From: Callorhinchus milii
Taxonomy: Eukaryota
Length of the DNA: 64,000 bases
Direction of reading: 5' to 3'
Assembly (NCBI RefSeq): GCF_018977255.1
Contig: NW_024704743.1
Location: 70,248,001 to 70,312,000 of the forward strand
In this document: one piece after another, positions 12,226 to 24,585 of the stretch
Layout of the letters: every line of letters starts with the position of its first letter
Position numbering within the stretch: position 1 is the first letter of the stretch
Position numbers and translations under genes: made by a program
Notes under the pieces: model-generated
Databases searched by the model: none
The model's input: only the letters and a program-made list of their open reading frames with translations
Told to the model about the DNA's origin: nothing

Positions 12226-13618
12226 CTGATTTCGGGATCCAAGATGGATCGGGTCCGCAAAGACATGATGCACAAAACCCAGGAAAAGGGGGGCAAAAGA
12301 GTCCCTACGTAGCCCTGCTCCTCATGGCCACCTGTGTGTGTACCTGTGCCTGGAGCCCTGCTACTCTGGCAACAAGTGCCCCTATGTGCTGGGTTTCTAT
12401 CTGTACTCGGTGCTAAGAAGGGTGGGTCTGGCTCGAACTGCCTCGAAACGTTCCACACAATTGGAGTGTGCCAAATGACCTATCCTATTGTTGAGAAATT
12501 CCTGAAGAGCACCATCCCAGTCCCCTGCTCAATCACCGAGTGGTCCGTGCGGCAGGTAGTCAAAGCAGTTCGAAAGGGGGAGAGGACAGACCCAATCGGG
12601 TGGTACCCTGCGGAGACAGCCAGCTACGTCTGGCAAAATACCTCATCACCGGCTCTGAACAACAATGGCGATAAAAGGGGCCTCTCCCCCTCAGGGCTTT
12701 CATTCATGGTCGAGGTCCGGGCCAGTTAGCATGTTGCCCTCAGGCTGGCTGCAGGGGCCAGGGGACCGTGGACCACCTCTTCTTGGGGTGTGGTTTTGGA
12801 AAACGATGGAATGGATTCTCTCGCGGTTTGTTCCTGGGGACCCACTATCACAGCACTCGGTGCTGTATGGCCTCTTCCCGGGCACTCACAGCGAAACCCA
12901 CATCAAGTGTGACTGGAGGATCATAAACTTGGTGAAGGAGCTCAGGAACCGAAACCGGCACAGAGGATTCACTTAATTCTAACGTTCTATTAGCAACCAT
13001 GTGACCTTGAACTACATGAACCTATTCAGCTCCATTTATGTTGCTGTATATGTTAGCACTCCCAAAACCAGGTGTTCTTCTGGCAGAACGAGGGGATGAT
13101 GCTCACGCACACTAGGATCAGGGACTATACACTGAGGGACAAGCTGAAGTTCAGCTCAACCACAGCAAAGGCCAGCTGGGGCCTGACCCCGGCAGGAGCT
13201 GCTCCGGCACAACCCGCTCAGGGTGCACCCACCGGGTAGCCCACGAGTGCACGTAAAACTGGCTGAAGTAAGGGTACAGAAGGAAGTTTGGGATGAAACC
13301 AAAAAGCGTCCCGAAAATGTGTACGGTAAACATGTATGGTGCATGTCGGGGCGTCTTCTGAAAGCGGCAAGTGTGCCTTATCAGAGTATGTGCGAGCGCG
13401 CGCATGGATGTGGTGTACACAGGGGCACCTCCCAACTGTTTTAAAGGGAGTGTCCAAAAAACATGTGCACAACCTATGTGCGGTGAAGAAATGTACCGTA
13501 AACAACAGAATAGGTTTTTTTGTCCCGCAAGGAAAAATTTTAACAGAAGATGTGTTTGTTTTGGATTTCTGTTGTACTGAATACTATATTTATAAATAAA
13601 TATATATTTTCCAAAAAA
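12226..13618 (+). mobile_element. 5'-truncated Tx1/L1-clade LINE (ORF2 C-terminus and 3'UTR)
   Basis: SKMDRVRKDMMHKTQEKGGKRVP, CCHC-like CPQAGC..TVDHLFLGC, VLYGLFPGTH and IRDYTLRDKLK; AATAAA and A-run; TSD tttaacaaattccaa (12211-12225) / tttaacaaattacaa (13626-13640). Confidence 0.85.
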
Positions 13619-13859
13619 ATTTTGGTTTAACAAATTACAAGAGCAGTAATGTTCTGAAAGCAGTGCTGTGTCACCTAAAAAATACTCCATTGCCATCATG
13701 ACTGCCTGGTCATTAGACAACAATAACTTACAATCTATAGCGCCCTTCATATGCATTGCTTACGAGCTCAGAAAAAACACCAGTGACACAATCAGTGTTT
13801 TCTCTTGCAAATCTCAGATTGGCACGAAAGTGCTGTTTATAAAGCAACATAAATGGAGC

Positions 13860-14355
13860 TGAACAGGTTCATGTAGTTCAAGGTCACATGGTTGCTAGTG
13901 GAACGTTAGAATTGAGTCAATCCTCTGTGCCGGTTTCGGTTCCTGAGCTGGAGGTGGGTGGGGTCGGCAGTACTCCAGGGCATCGCTAATGATAGACCAA
14001 CCAGCTTGCCTCATCGGCATGATTTGGAGGAGCAGAGATTCTTCCCACTTGCCTCCTGTTAACCCTGAAAGCCAAAGCTCTAATGGGCAGAGTGGTCTGA
14101 GCTGGACAAGCAATAGAAAGGTTGCTGTTAATGCTAAGCTATACATGGTTTTTTCTGGATAAAATCCATCAGTCCCCCAACGCACACACTGGGGTGCCCC
14201 AAGCCTCGGATCTCGTCAATCTGTACCTAATACTCTCCAGAATTAGATAAAGAATGTATGCCTCTTTGAGGAGAGAGTGAGAGGATGCATGGAATTCTCA
14301 GTCTGGTTTAGATACTCTTAAGCATGTGATAATTTTCCATATGTGTCAGACAAAA
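13860..14355 (+). mobile_element. Old 3'UTR fragment of the unidentified LINE at 16580-17595
   Basis: Shares aagccaaagc, ctgggg..cccaagcct, cctaatact..gaattag and actcttaagcatg with 17130-17580 and, reversed, 62635-62920. Confidence 0.65.
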
Positions 14356-14464
14356 GAAAAATTAGCAAGCACTTATTTTGTCAATCATACAGCAGCCAGA
14401 CAGCCAGAACCTTATTTAAACACCACCGTTGTTCCCCCAAAACATGACTGCTATTGTAATTTCT

Positions 14465-14695
14465 TAACAACAAAGTTAAATTTGTATAGCGCCTTTCACG
14501 TCGGGAGAATGTCCCAAGGCACTGGACAATCAGTGTTTCGGACCCGAGCTGGGTGTCAGGATCGAGGATTGTGGAGGGCAGTGGGGGAAGGAGGGTGATG
14601 GAAGGCATGGTTGAGGAGGAGGGTCTTGAGATGGGTCTTGAAGGAGCCATGGGAGGGGGCGAGGCGGCGGGACTGTGGGATGGAATCCCTTCATG
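14465..14695 (-). mobile_element. L2 3' fragment
   Basis: atagcgcctttcacgtcgggag tail and purine-rich UTR. Confidence 0.85.
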
Positions 14696-14819
14696 CTGGT
14701 AGCATCTCAGGGCACTTAAGCAAACATTAAAGAGAGCCATGAATTGCACCTCACAATTTTTAGAGTAAAATTACCACAAAGTAGTTAACTTCCATCATAT
14801 AGAATTCAACATTCTATGT

Positions 14820-15141
14820 GGAGTCCTGTAGCTCAGTGGTTAGAGCACTCGCTTTGCAAGCGAGAGACCTGAGTTCAATTCCAGGCAGGGAGAAACCTTG
14901 GGCAAGTTTCCTTACTCCACACGTCTAATAATAATGCCTCCAAAACCAAAAACAATAATAAATTGGTCATTTTCAATCTACGACTGTTTGTGGGACATTG
15001 CTGTGCGCAATTGGCTGCCGCGTTCGCCCACAAATATACAGTCAATTCACTTTACAGTATATTCTGTGAAGCGCTTTGGGACATCCTCCTGACGTGAAAA
15101 GCGCTATATCAAATGCAAGGATTATTATTATTATTATTATT
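14820..15141 (+). mobile_element. Full-length Ala-SINE (short variant)
   Basis: ggagtcctgtagctcagtggttagagcactcgctttgcaagcgagagacctgagttcaattcc head (TGC anticodon-like), Deu core, L2 tail, (att)n. Confidence 0.95.
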
Positions 15142-15517
15142 CACGTTTGACAAATCTTATTATGAATTCACGCCACCAAGACCTCAAATGTATAGACCAG
15201 TGAAAAATAAGGTATTCTAGCTGCCAAGGTTGTTAAACTTACTGACCTTTGGAGAATTACTTCTTATATGTCCTGAAGAACAGTGCCAAAGTCAATGCCT
15301 AAATTTATTCTCCATGCATACCATATGTCAGTGGACCATCTTGATACGGATGATGTGAAGCAAATGTTGCTTCAATTAATTATTGACCAATTGGCAGCTT
15401 GGAAAACTACAGGCCAAGGACGTAAGGCCACCTGGTCTGCAACTAAGCACCAACCAGTAAGATCAATGAAAATAACTAGCTTCCAAATTAAGACTGACAA
15501 TTTAGAATAATAATATT

Positions 15518-15830
15518 GTAATAATAATCCTTACATTTGGTATAGTGCCTTTCCGGTCAGGAGGATGTTTCAAAGTGTGATTGTGTTTTTGGTGGCAAAT
15601 GCTGCAGCCAATTTTCACACAGCAATGACCCACAAACAGCCATGAAATGAATGACCAATTTGTTTTGGAGATTGTTGGCCAGGCAATGGGAGAATCTCTC
15701 TTGTCTTTTTGAATATTGCCAAGGCATCTTTAACGTCCTCAGTTTAATGTCTCACCTGAAGGGCAGCACCTCCAACAACATAGCAGATCCCCAGCACTGC
15801 ATTGACATGTCAGCCTAGACTAGATGACTA
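15518..15830 (-). mobile_element. Old SacSINE1-like DeuSINE
   Basis: Reverse Deu core: catctttaacgtcc..tttaatgtctcacctgaagggcagcacctcc. Confidence 0.75.
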
Positions 15831-15889
15831 TAATTAGCCCATAGACCATAATTTCCCAAATTCTACACAAAGCATGCGCTGTTACTCTT

Positions 15890-16575
15890 ATGATCACAAA
15901 AGAGGTTTGGATGAAGAAGGTCCTTCTGCCTATTTAAATTCATCCTCCCATTACAATATCAATATGTTTCTTTCATATGGCCAGGCTTCCTGGAAACCCA
16001 TTTCAATCATTGATTATCCTCTGGGTAAAGAAATATTTCCTCATGTCTGCCCTAAAATTGTCATTTGAAACTCTGAACTTGATCTTGTTCTGTTGCCTTA
16101 TCATTCCGTTTACTTTCTGAATCACATTTCAAATCTTACATACCAATTACATATGGTCTCCTCTGAAATATCTTTTTCTCAATGCTCAGAGTCATAGCTC
16201 TAACACGAGAGCTTATCCTCATTGATCTCTTCTCCACTGCCTCTAGGGCCTAGGCAGCCTTCTTCCGATAGCCAGAACTATATGTAGTACTCTAGGAGCG
16301 GGCTGAACCAGACTACTATAGAACTTAAGCATGGCTTTTGGGAAACTCAGCTAATTTAGTAATATAGCCCAGTATCTGTTTACTTTGTTTATTGCTGCCT
16401 CACAATTTTGACATAGTGAGCAGTGCTCATCTGTAAACTTCCCCTTGGCAAGTTCTATCCCATCCATGGAGTATATGTGTCTCCTATTTTTATTTTGAAT
16501 AGCAGGATAAAGCCTTTGCCACTTATTCTGATTCTAAATTTAGTGTCATCTGCAAGTTTAATAAATTGACTGCGT
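15890..16575 (-). mobile_element. Old CR1 fragment
   Basis: Reverse ttagtgtcatctgcaag (LADDTK), ccagaactatatgtagtactctagg (LEY..FW) and 3'UTR. Confidence 0.7.
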
Positions 16576-16579
16576 CAGG

Positions 16580-17595
16580 GAGGGCTTTGGCCCACACTGA
16601 CCTTAGCTGAGCATCCTGGAAGCGGAGTTGACTTCACAGTGTGTTTGGCCCTCACATTACGACTTGGATAAAGCAGTTGGTGCTGAGTAAGCATGGTACT
16701 TGGGCTTGGACCTTGAGAACATCAACGTGGCTGGCATATCAGAAGCTGTACTGTAAATGTCCTCACACCACACTGAAGGCAGATGTCCATCAGATAGCTG
16801 GTGAGGAAACTCTGCGGCTTGGGGTGACAGCTGCTGGAAGTGATGTGTCTCCTATCTGTGGGCAGAAAGATGGTAGCAATGTTTTCACACATCTCATCCT
16901 GAGCTGTGTTATTCACGAAGAGGCTTCAGGGAATTCCTGGAACCTAACATCTACCTAGTGAAGGCTCAAACCCTCATTTTTCAGATGTCAAATAACTAAC
17001 TAGTGATTATCTTCTGGGTGGGGAGAGGGGTGCAAGTGGGGTCTTCTTGGAGTTGAACTGGTTCCAAAGTGACATGTTTGGCAACAGAATGCCAGAATCT
17101 AGCCCACCCTCCATGGCAGTTTCAATAGTCCAGTTCCTGAGCCAGGTGGGCACTGCTTATGACAGCACAGCCAAGCTCATTGGCAGAATTTGGAAGGACA
17201 GACCAGTCACTGGGGGCAGGGACTCTTCTCAATCAGCTCAGTTTAACCTTACAAGCCAAAGCCCAAATGGGGAGGGTGGTCCTAGCTGGCCAAGCAGCAG
17301 GAAAGCTTGCCAGGCAATGCTCTCAATGGCAAGCTATGCAATTTTAGTTGGTTAGACTCCAGCAGTACCCCCAATACACACTCTGGGGTCCCCAAGCCTT
17401 GGCTATTGCCAAACTGTGCCTAATACTTTCAGGAATTAGGTAAGCAGGATCTGTCCCTCCAGGGCTGGAGCGTGTATACTATTCCAATAAACATCTCTGA
17501 ATTTTCCATGTGGGTGGGAGGCATGAAACATTTTGGCACTCTTAAGCATGGTTATGGGTTTCCACATGTTTCAGACACCCGGCTGACCAAAAAAA
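16580..17595 (+). mobile_element. Old non-LTR retrotransposon 3' end with CCHC knuckle and long 3'UTR (RTE/RTEX-like?)
   Basis: LRLGVT...SPICGQKDGSNVFTHLILSC; UTR shared with two other copies; ends cccggctgaccaaaaaaaa. Confidence 0.55.
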
Positions 17596-19089
17596 ACTTT
17601 CATTGAGGTTGTGAATCCAGGTCATTAACATACACAGCTGTCAGTACACATGCCTGAGGCACCCCACTTAATACATACAGAAAATCAGATTTAAAATTAA
17701 AGGCTATATTTTAAGAATCTGACAAGTTCTGGGCACTGGAATGCTATGTTAATAGAGTGAATCTAGATACAGATTCACTACCCCAGCAATGCCTTATTTT
17801 TCTTTACTAGAATGCTATTAGAGTTTGACACAATGCTGAAAAAAATGAAGTGTCACTGAGAAATACACTTGACAGTAATTACTTGTGAAGCTCTCTGAGT
17901 CATTTTGATGTGATAAAGCCCATAAAAATGCATGTTCTTTCTTGGTGAATGTCACCAGAAGTGACTTTGTTCATTTTGCAGATGACACTTCCCTCATCAA
18001 AGTTCTGATCTGAATGCTGCAGGCGGGTCATAGCAGAATTGGACAGTGAACCACCATATTTAAAACTGTTTTCAGTGTTGAGAAGATCTAGTCAATACCA
18101 CTTCAGAAAATGTTTTACTGTCATGTTATTCACTTACCTCTTCTGTGTAAGAGTATAAACCTCTCTTTAATGACAAATATTCAGCAACTTGGCTTGGCAA
18201 CCACATTCAAAGAACTCCAGAACACCAGCAGTAATACACCATGTCCCCTGCATTTGTATTCAAAATATGAAATGTAGAACTAGCTATCACTTGCTGAGCT
18301 GAGATTGTTAGAGTATGCATGGCACTTTCAAGGGTTTCAAAAAGGATCTAAATATGTTCCTGAAAGTTAAAAGGATTCAGGATTTTAGATGATCGGAGAG
18401 TTGTGTTGAAGGAATCTGGACGGATAGGCTAGATGAATCAATGGTTTATTGGCCAACATTGTTTCTGATACAACCCTTAAAGCATTAGGCTATAAGGCTT
18501 TGTACCCATTGCAATTCAACCAAGTCTTTCTGTGCACTCAGAATCAAGTGTGAGAAACACCTAGCTGGATCAAATTTGGCTTTGGCTGTTATTAATACCA
18601 CACAATTTGACATCCCTTCCCATCCCCCACCCCCAAATAGCAAACTCCAAAATTATTTAAAAAAACAAAATAATATTTTCTTAAGAAGAAAACTTTGGAG
18701 AAAGATTAGAAATACATCAAATATTCAACCATCTATACAATTTTCTCCTCCAAATGGTGGATTTTCAGGAGTATATTACAGTAAACCTACTCACCCAAAT
18801 CATTAAAGATGTAATCCTACTGTAACATTAGATTTACACAATGTGTAAATATAGGGAAATAACAAACAAAAAAGGGCCACAGCCCATCGAGCCTGTTGCA
18901 CTAGTTTATTATATCTTGGCAGATCTTGTAATCCAAATTCTCCTCCCTTTCACTTTAACTTCACTTCCACTACCCAAATATGTATCTTTCGTTTAAACAC
19001 ATCTATCTATTCTGCCTCTACAACTTTAATTTTTATTTTATACTTTTTTTAGCTAAAGTTTCATATGATTGATTACACACTGTTTAATT

Positions 19090-20300
19090 TCATAGAATCA
19101 TGGAAATGTACAGCCCATTGAATCTTCACTCTCAGAGGAAGGTGTTCATGCAATCCCACTGTCCTGCCCTATCCTCAAACCATTCAAACATCGACACTTC
19201 ATATATCTGTCTACTTCCCTCTTGAAAACCAGCCTCAGGTGAAATATTGTGTCCATTTCTGGGCACCACACTTTATAATAATAATAATAATAATCCTTGC
19301 ATTTGATATAGCGCTTTTCACGTCAGGAGGACGTCCCAAAGCGCTTCACAGAATATACTGTAAAGTGAATTGACTGTATATTTGTAGGCGAACGCGGCAG
19401 CCAATTGCGCACAGCAATGTCCCACAAACAGTCGTAGATTGAAAATGACCAATTTATTATTGTTTTTGGTTTTGAGGGATTATTATTAGGCGTGTGGAGT
19501 AAGGAAACTTGCCCAAGGTTTCGCCCTGCCTGGAATTGAACCCAATTTAGGAAGGATGTCAGGACCTTGCCGAGGAGATTTACCAGAATGATGCCAGGGA
19601 TGAGGGACTACAATTAAGTGGAGAGACTAGAGAGGCTTGGATTGTTCTCGTTAGAGCAGAGAAGGTTGAGGGGAGATTCAATTGAGATGTTCAAAATTAT
19701 GAGGGTTTTTGATAAGAGTAAATAAGGAGAAACAGTTTCCACTGGTGGATGGGGTGGTAATCAAAGGACACAGATTTAAGATGATTGGCAAAAGAACCAG
19801 AGGGGAGACGAGGAGAACTTATTTTACCTAGGGACTTGTTACTATCTGGAATGCATTGCCTGAAAGGGTGGTGGAAGCAGATTCGACAGAAACTTTCAAA
19901 AGGGAATTAGATAGGTACTCAAAAAGGAATAATTTGCAGGGCTATGGGGTAAGAGTGGGGCAGTGGTTGAATAGAGTGGGGAAGAGTGGGGAACTAGTTG
20001 AATAGCTCTTTCAAAGAGTCAGCACAGGCACCAAAGGCAGAATGTGCTGTAAGATTCTATGATAAGCCACAATGGTCTTTACCACCTTACTTGGTAGGGC
20101 GTTCCACATTCCCAACAACTCGCTGAGTGAACTTCTCCTAAACTCCCCTTTCATTCTTCTGAGTATCTTATAACTTCAGCCTCAAGTCACTGACTCCACG
20201 ATCAGTTGAAATAGCTTCTCACTATTTATCCTGTCAACCCCCTCATAATTTTGTACATCATTATCAGCCCCTCTCTGGCTTCTCTGCTCTGTTGAAAATT
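19090..20300. mobile_element. Nested stack: minus CR1 3' end hosting a plus CR1 fragment (~19240-20065) hosting an Ala-SINE (~19276-19543, minus)
   Basis: Plus CR1 YCVHFWAPHF|RKDV is split at ttta/ttta by the SINE; older reverse CR1 continues on both sides. Confidence 0.8.
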
Positions 20301-21304
20301 TCCAAAAGTTCAAAATGTATAATCAGTGGCATGTAACAGATATCTTTCTTAGGGGAAACGTTATGTAGAACAGCTCATATGTGACAGCACTCAGTGCTCT
20401 GTCAAATGCACCAGCCCTTTGGAATCAAATCAATTTTTGAAGAAAATGATCAAGAATTAAACTCATAAGATGCATTTTCAAACAATTCATCTTTAGAAAG
20501 AACAAAAAATAAAAAGAGTTAGTAAAATGTGCAGAGTGTTTGTTTCAGAATGTCTGCAGAAATAAATGTCCTTTTACTGGTATAATTAAAGCATTTCTGA
20601 AGATTTCTCTTCATAACTACACAACTATTCTTCACAATTTTAATTTTAATTTATTGTTTTGATGAAGTTATTACTTTGTGTTTCACGTTTTGTACTTTTC
20701 AATTAAGTTTGCCTCTGTAATTGCCATCATGTTGCTAGCAAAATTGATTAAATGGATTGACATTGGGAGCAGGGCAATTGCTAAATCTTACAAATCTACC
20801 TGCCCTCCACTGTGTACTAATGTTATGCTTTCTGAGGACATTATTATTGTTTGTCATAGTTAAAATAAATTAAAAATGCATGAATATACCCAAACACAAT
20901 TTATGATTACTCATTGGATTTTCAACCCTAGATTGTCCTAATAAGACATTCAGATAGAAAAGTGCGATGGAAATCTGTATGAAAATAAATTTAAGACCAT
21001 CAAACTCTAATGACAAATTCTTAAGCTCAATCTTAACAAATCTTTAGTGATAAATGTAACAAACCATACATTTTCTGTAGTATTAGTTTTCAAACATTAC
21101 CGGCCAAATTCTGCATTGATTTGCCGTAAGGCATATTGTTTTGCTAGTTGTACACCATGTAGAATGCTTTTCCTTAATTATTTTATTTTTTCAATGTACT
21201 TTATATTATGTAAATTATACTTTTTGGTGCGGTTTGTGAATCTAATCACAACTAAGTAATGCTGTGCTTATACCACACGATTGGCAAAGAATCACTGTAA
21301 ATTT

Positions 21305-22068
21305 GGCAGAGATTTCCCGCCAAAGGTGCAGGAGAATTGGAGCTGAGCCAGGATATATTGCATTGGAGCCTGGCTCCTGACACCACCTGGAGAAGGAGAT
21401 GGTTTCGGGAGCAGTTTGGTTTATCTAAACATGGCAGGTGTGAAACGAAGTCGGCTCCATTCCCCTGTGGTCTCTTGAAAGCTCTCAAGTGGTCTGTTGG
21501 ACAGCCCAAAAACATTCAACAGACTGTGTTTTAATTTTAATAAAGAACTGATCGTGCAAACAAGTTGACTGTGAAGCAGCATTGATACCAGGAGCCAGGA
21601 GTCATCTGTGGGTGACTAATGTTGTCCTAATTGAAACACAGCACCAATGATGACAAGTTTGGACAAAGAGCAAAGATGCTCCCTGTTCTATCAATAATTG
21701 ATTGCCTGCTGTTTTGCACATCTCTGAAATGTTAGTGAAAGGGTGTTCGGCATGTGGAACAAACAGTAGGCACAGGTGGTGCAACAAGGAACTATAAAGA
21801 GTTTCAAATAGGAACTCGACAAGTTCCCTGAAATTAAAAGGATTCGGGCCAAATATGTGATGTGATAAATGTATCAGAGTAATCTTTTGGGAAGTTAGGT
21901 AGACCAGTGGTCTTCTTCCTGAATCAGTTAAAAAAATGCACAATACAATCAGGAATGCTTTAATTGGGCCTTGGAGGGCACTGATGCCTTGCTTCTTTGA
22001 CAGCCACTGGCTCAAAATAATTTTTTAAGTAAACATTCAAAGTTGCTGAGAATTAAAATCTCTGGCCT
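21305..22068. mobile_element. Old MITE-like element containing a CR1 3' fragment (~21735-21930)
   Basis: Putative TIRs ggcagagattt / aaatctctggcc; internal RVFGMWNK..AQVV..FQIGTR CR1-like segment. Confidence 0.4.
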
Positions 22069-23600
22069 CGGTAGGTTAAAAAACCAATGGCTAACAAATT
22101 GACTGTGAGATGCCTGAGGGAGAGATCAGTGTTCAGTTTCAATCCTATCATTAATGACCAATTTTAAGGACACGTTTTAATGCTATTTCTGCATAGTTCT
22201 TTAATTATTCCCATTAATAATTAAGGAATGGAATGCATTTAGGAATATTGCAATTTTGACCCAAATGTATTTTCTTGCTTTCAGAATGGTCAGCCTATGG
22301 TCATAACCCAAGAGCAGACTGAGGGAAAGGTGCTCTTTGGGAGTAAAATTATCTTTGCACATAACCTCACAAAAAAGGTTGGAACACTGATTTAGCAAAT
22401 TAAGGATACAACATGCCTATTAATTTGGATTTTTAAAGTTTGTATTATCTCTGTTATTTCGCATAATTTAGGTAGAAGGGAATGAAGTTGTTTGGGAAAG
22501 GATATAACCAGTGGTGGAAATGCAATGGAATACTTGGGCTGAATAACGTGTTTCAATGCTGTAATGTTCTACGTAATTCTGCGTATGCTATGGTTACTGT
22601 CATTGAGCTCTTTTTATAAATCTTGGGGAAACATCACTTGTTTATCACTTTTCTGGATCTAAGTAATGGGCTCATTAGGTTTTTGATGCTCCAGATGACG
22701 TCTGTTCTGCTAAGTAGTCTTAGTAATGATTACAGCAGTTATGACATTTCTGTAATCTATTGATCAACGTGTATAATCAATCATTGTTTGATTACTCAAT
22801 ATTGTAATTGGAGTTTTTTCACAAGATTAAGCAGTGAATCTGTGCTTCCAATGCATCCTTGTTGTGCTGGCAACATCACATTGATGGGACTAAGCCCTGT
22901 CGGGGTGAAAATTGCCACTTGTGATGTGATAATTAATACTGGTGAAAAGATGAATGGCATACATATGGTAGCATGTGTGCTACCCTTTGTGGAAGGTGCT
23001 ATATAAGTGCAAGTTGTTGTTGTAGCATATGAAGGTAGTGTATGTTTCACATTCCCCTTTCATACCCCTCCTGCAGGTGGACATCCTCAAGAATATCAAT
23101 GATATTCTGCTGACTCCACATAACCCAAAGCATTAAACAGGAAATATTTACTCTGGAATGTGTTTTTCTTTCAGAGGTGAACTAACAAAAGTTTAACTAA
23201 TGCTAGGAATGGGCTATTTGGGGGGGGTGCTCTGTGTACGAGTCATAAATTGTTCAAAGTCTTCGGTGCTCTTGTTAACTAATGGCTGAGATTCAAGCAA
23301 ATATACTTTTCACAAGCAGGAAGGTTATAAGCATAGGAGGTTCAGGAAGGAGAGGGCTGTTATTAAATTATTAATGCAATTTGGGTGGATACATTTCGTG
23401 TAACAGATTGCCTTGATTATCAATCTGCTCCAAATTCTGGTGAGAAACCACCAGATTTCCCTTCACAGATCTGGGAATTGGGATTCACAACTCCCTTGAT
23501 ACAGTCATTGGAAGACCATGGGACTGGTTTCTGAAGGGATAATACCAAGCTGGGGGCATAGGGGAGATTGTGGAATCAGAGAAAGCAGATGACATCTTAC

Positions 23601-24585
23601 AAGGAGAGCGTAACAGAATGTGCGCAGAATTGCAGGCAAATGAAGTTCAATATTATAAATTGAAGGCATTTCTGAGAGCCTTTCTGTATGGGAGAGTACA
23701 GTACAGAGATAGTATCCTTTTTTTGTGGCATATAAAGAAGAATCCCTTGGTGAAGGATCTCAGGATGATCCAAAGATCAGCAGCCGGTCCATTTCAATAT
23801 CAATATCTATAAACAGAACAAATTAATATACTATCAATTATTTCATCTTTTTGATTGCTTCATTTTTTCTCCAAATATTTTTTCAGTGGTGTAGAATATT
23901 GCAAACACTGTGTAAAAATGCATTTTTTTTAAACTCATTTTACTTTTATGTCATATTACTAAGTATAAATGATGTTAGCTTCATATATGTGAATAGGTTT
24001 TTGAAATAGAAGAGAACATTGTATTTACCTGTGCTGTAATATTCATCTGACCTTGTTGCATGTTCTCTCCTCCCCCAGATGTCTCTCTTACTCTTTGTAG
24101 ATCATTCAGTCACATCTGGCACTTCCTTATCCTGTGGGGGCTATTGATATAATCATGTCATTGATATATTCATGCAGAGGGTGGTTTGACTTGAGGCACT
24201 TGCAATACATAAATTATTTCGTCCACATAATGGCTGCACTTGATTTACCTTCAAACTGTCCAACAAAATAATGCAATAATATAAAGTGATGCAAATAGGT
24301 TTGGTACAAGTATTGCGCTGTGTAACAGTGCAAGAGAAATTCATCAATATTATCCTACAATGCCTGCACATGAGCTGGTATGTTACCTTATATTTCAAAT
24401 TCTGTCAACATTAACAAAAATGCTTGAAATGCTAAATCTGTCAGTGCTAATAAAGCTTGGTTGAGTGTAAGTTGTAATGACAGAGCTGTATGTCATCACA
24501 GAGTTCAGCATATACAGCATTATATAAGTCAATTTGATCCTTCCCAAATAATGGGATGACCTGGAGACTAGGTTCACATTTTTTG
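23601..24585 (-). pseudogene. Three exon remnants (24585-24387, 24255-24029, 23806-23601)
   Basis: Acceptors tttacag, ttggacag and tttgttctgtttatag; donors gtaaca, gtaaat and gtaaga. Peptides QPSFISTDRF, SHYVDEIIYVLQVP and ..TAQ|IDIEMDRLL, with stops and frameshifts. Confidence 0.5.

Noticed and set aside
13151..13756. 201-aa minus-strand ORF and overlapping ORFs
   Set aside because: Antisense to the Tx1 3'UTR, with no recognisable motifs.
14820..14892. tRNA-Ala(TGC) gene, also at the other SINE heads
   Set aside because: The acceptor stem is not intact, and the head continues into SINE body and tail in many copies.
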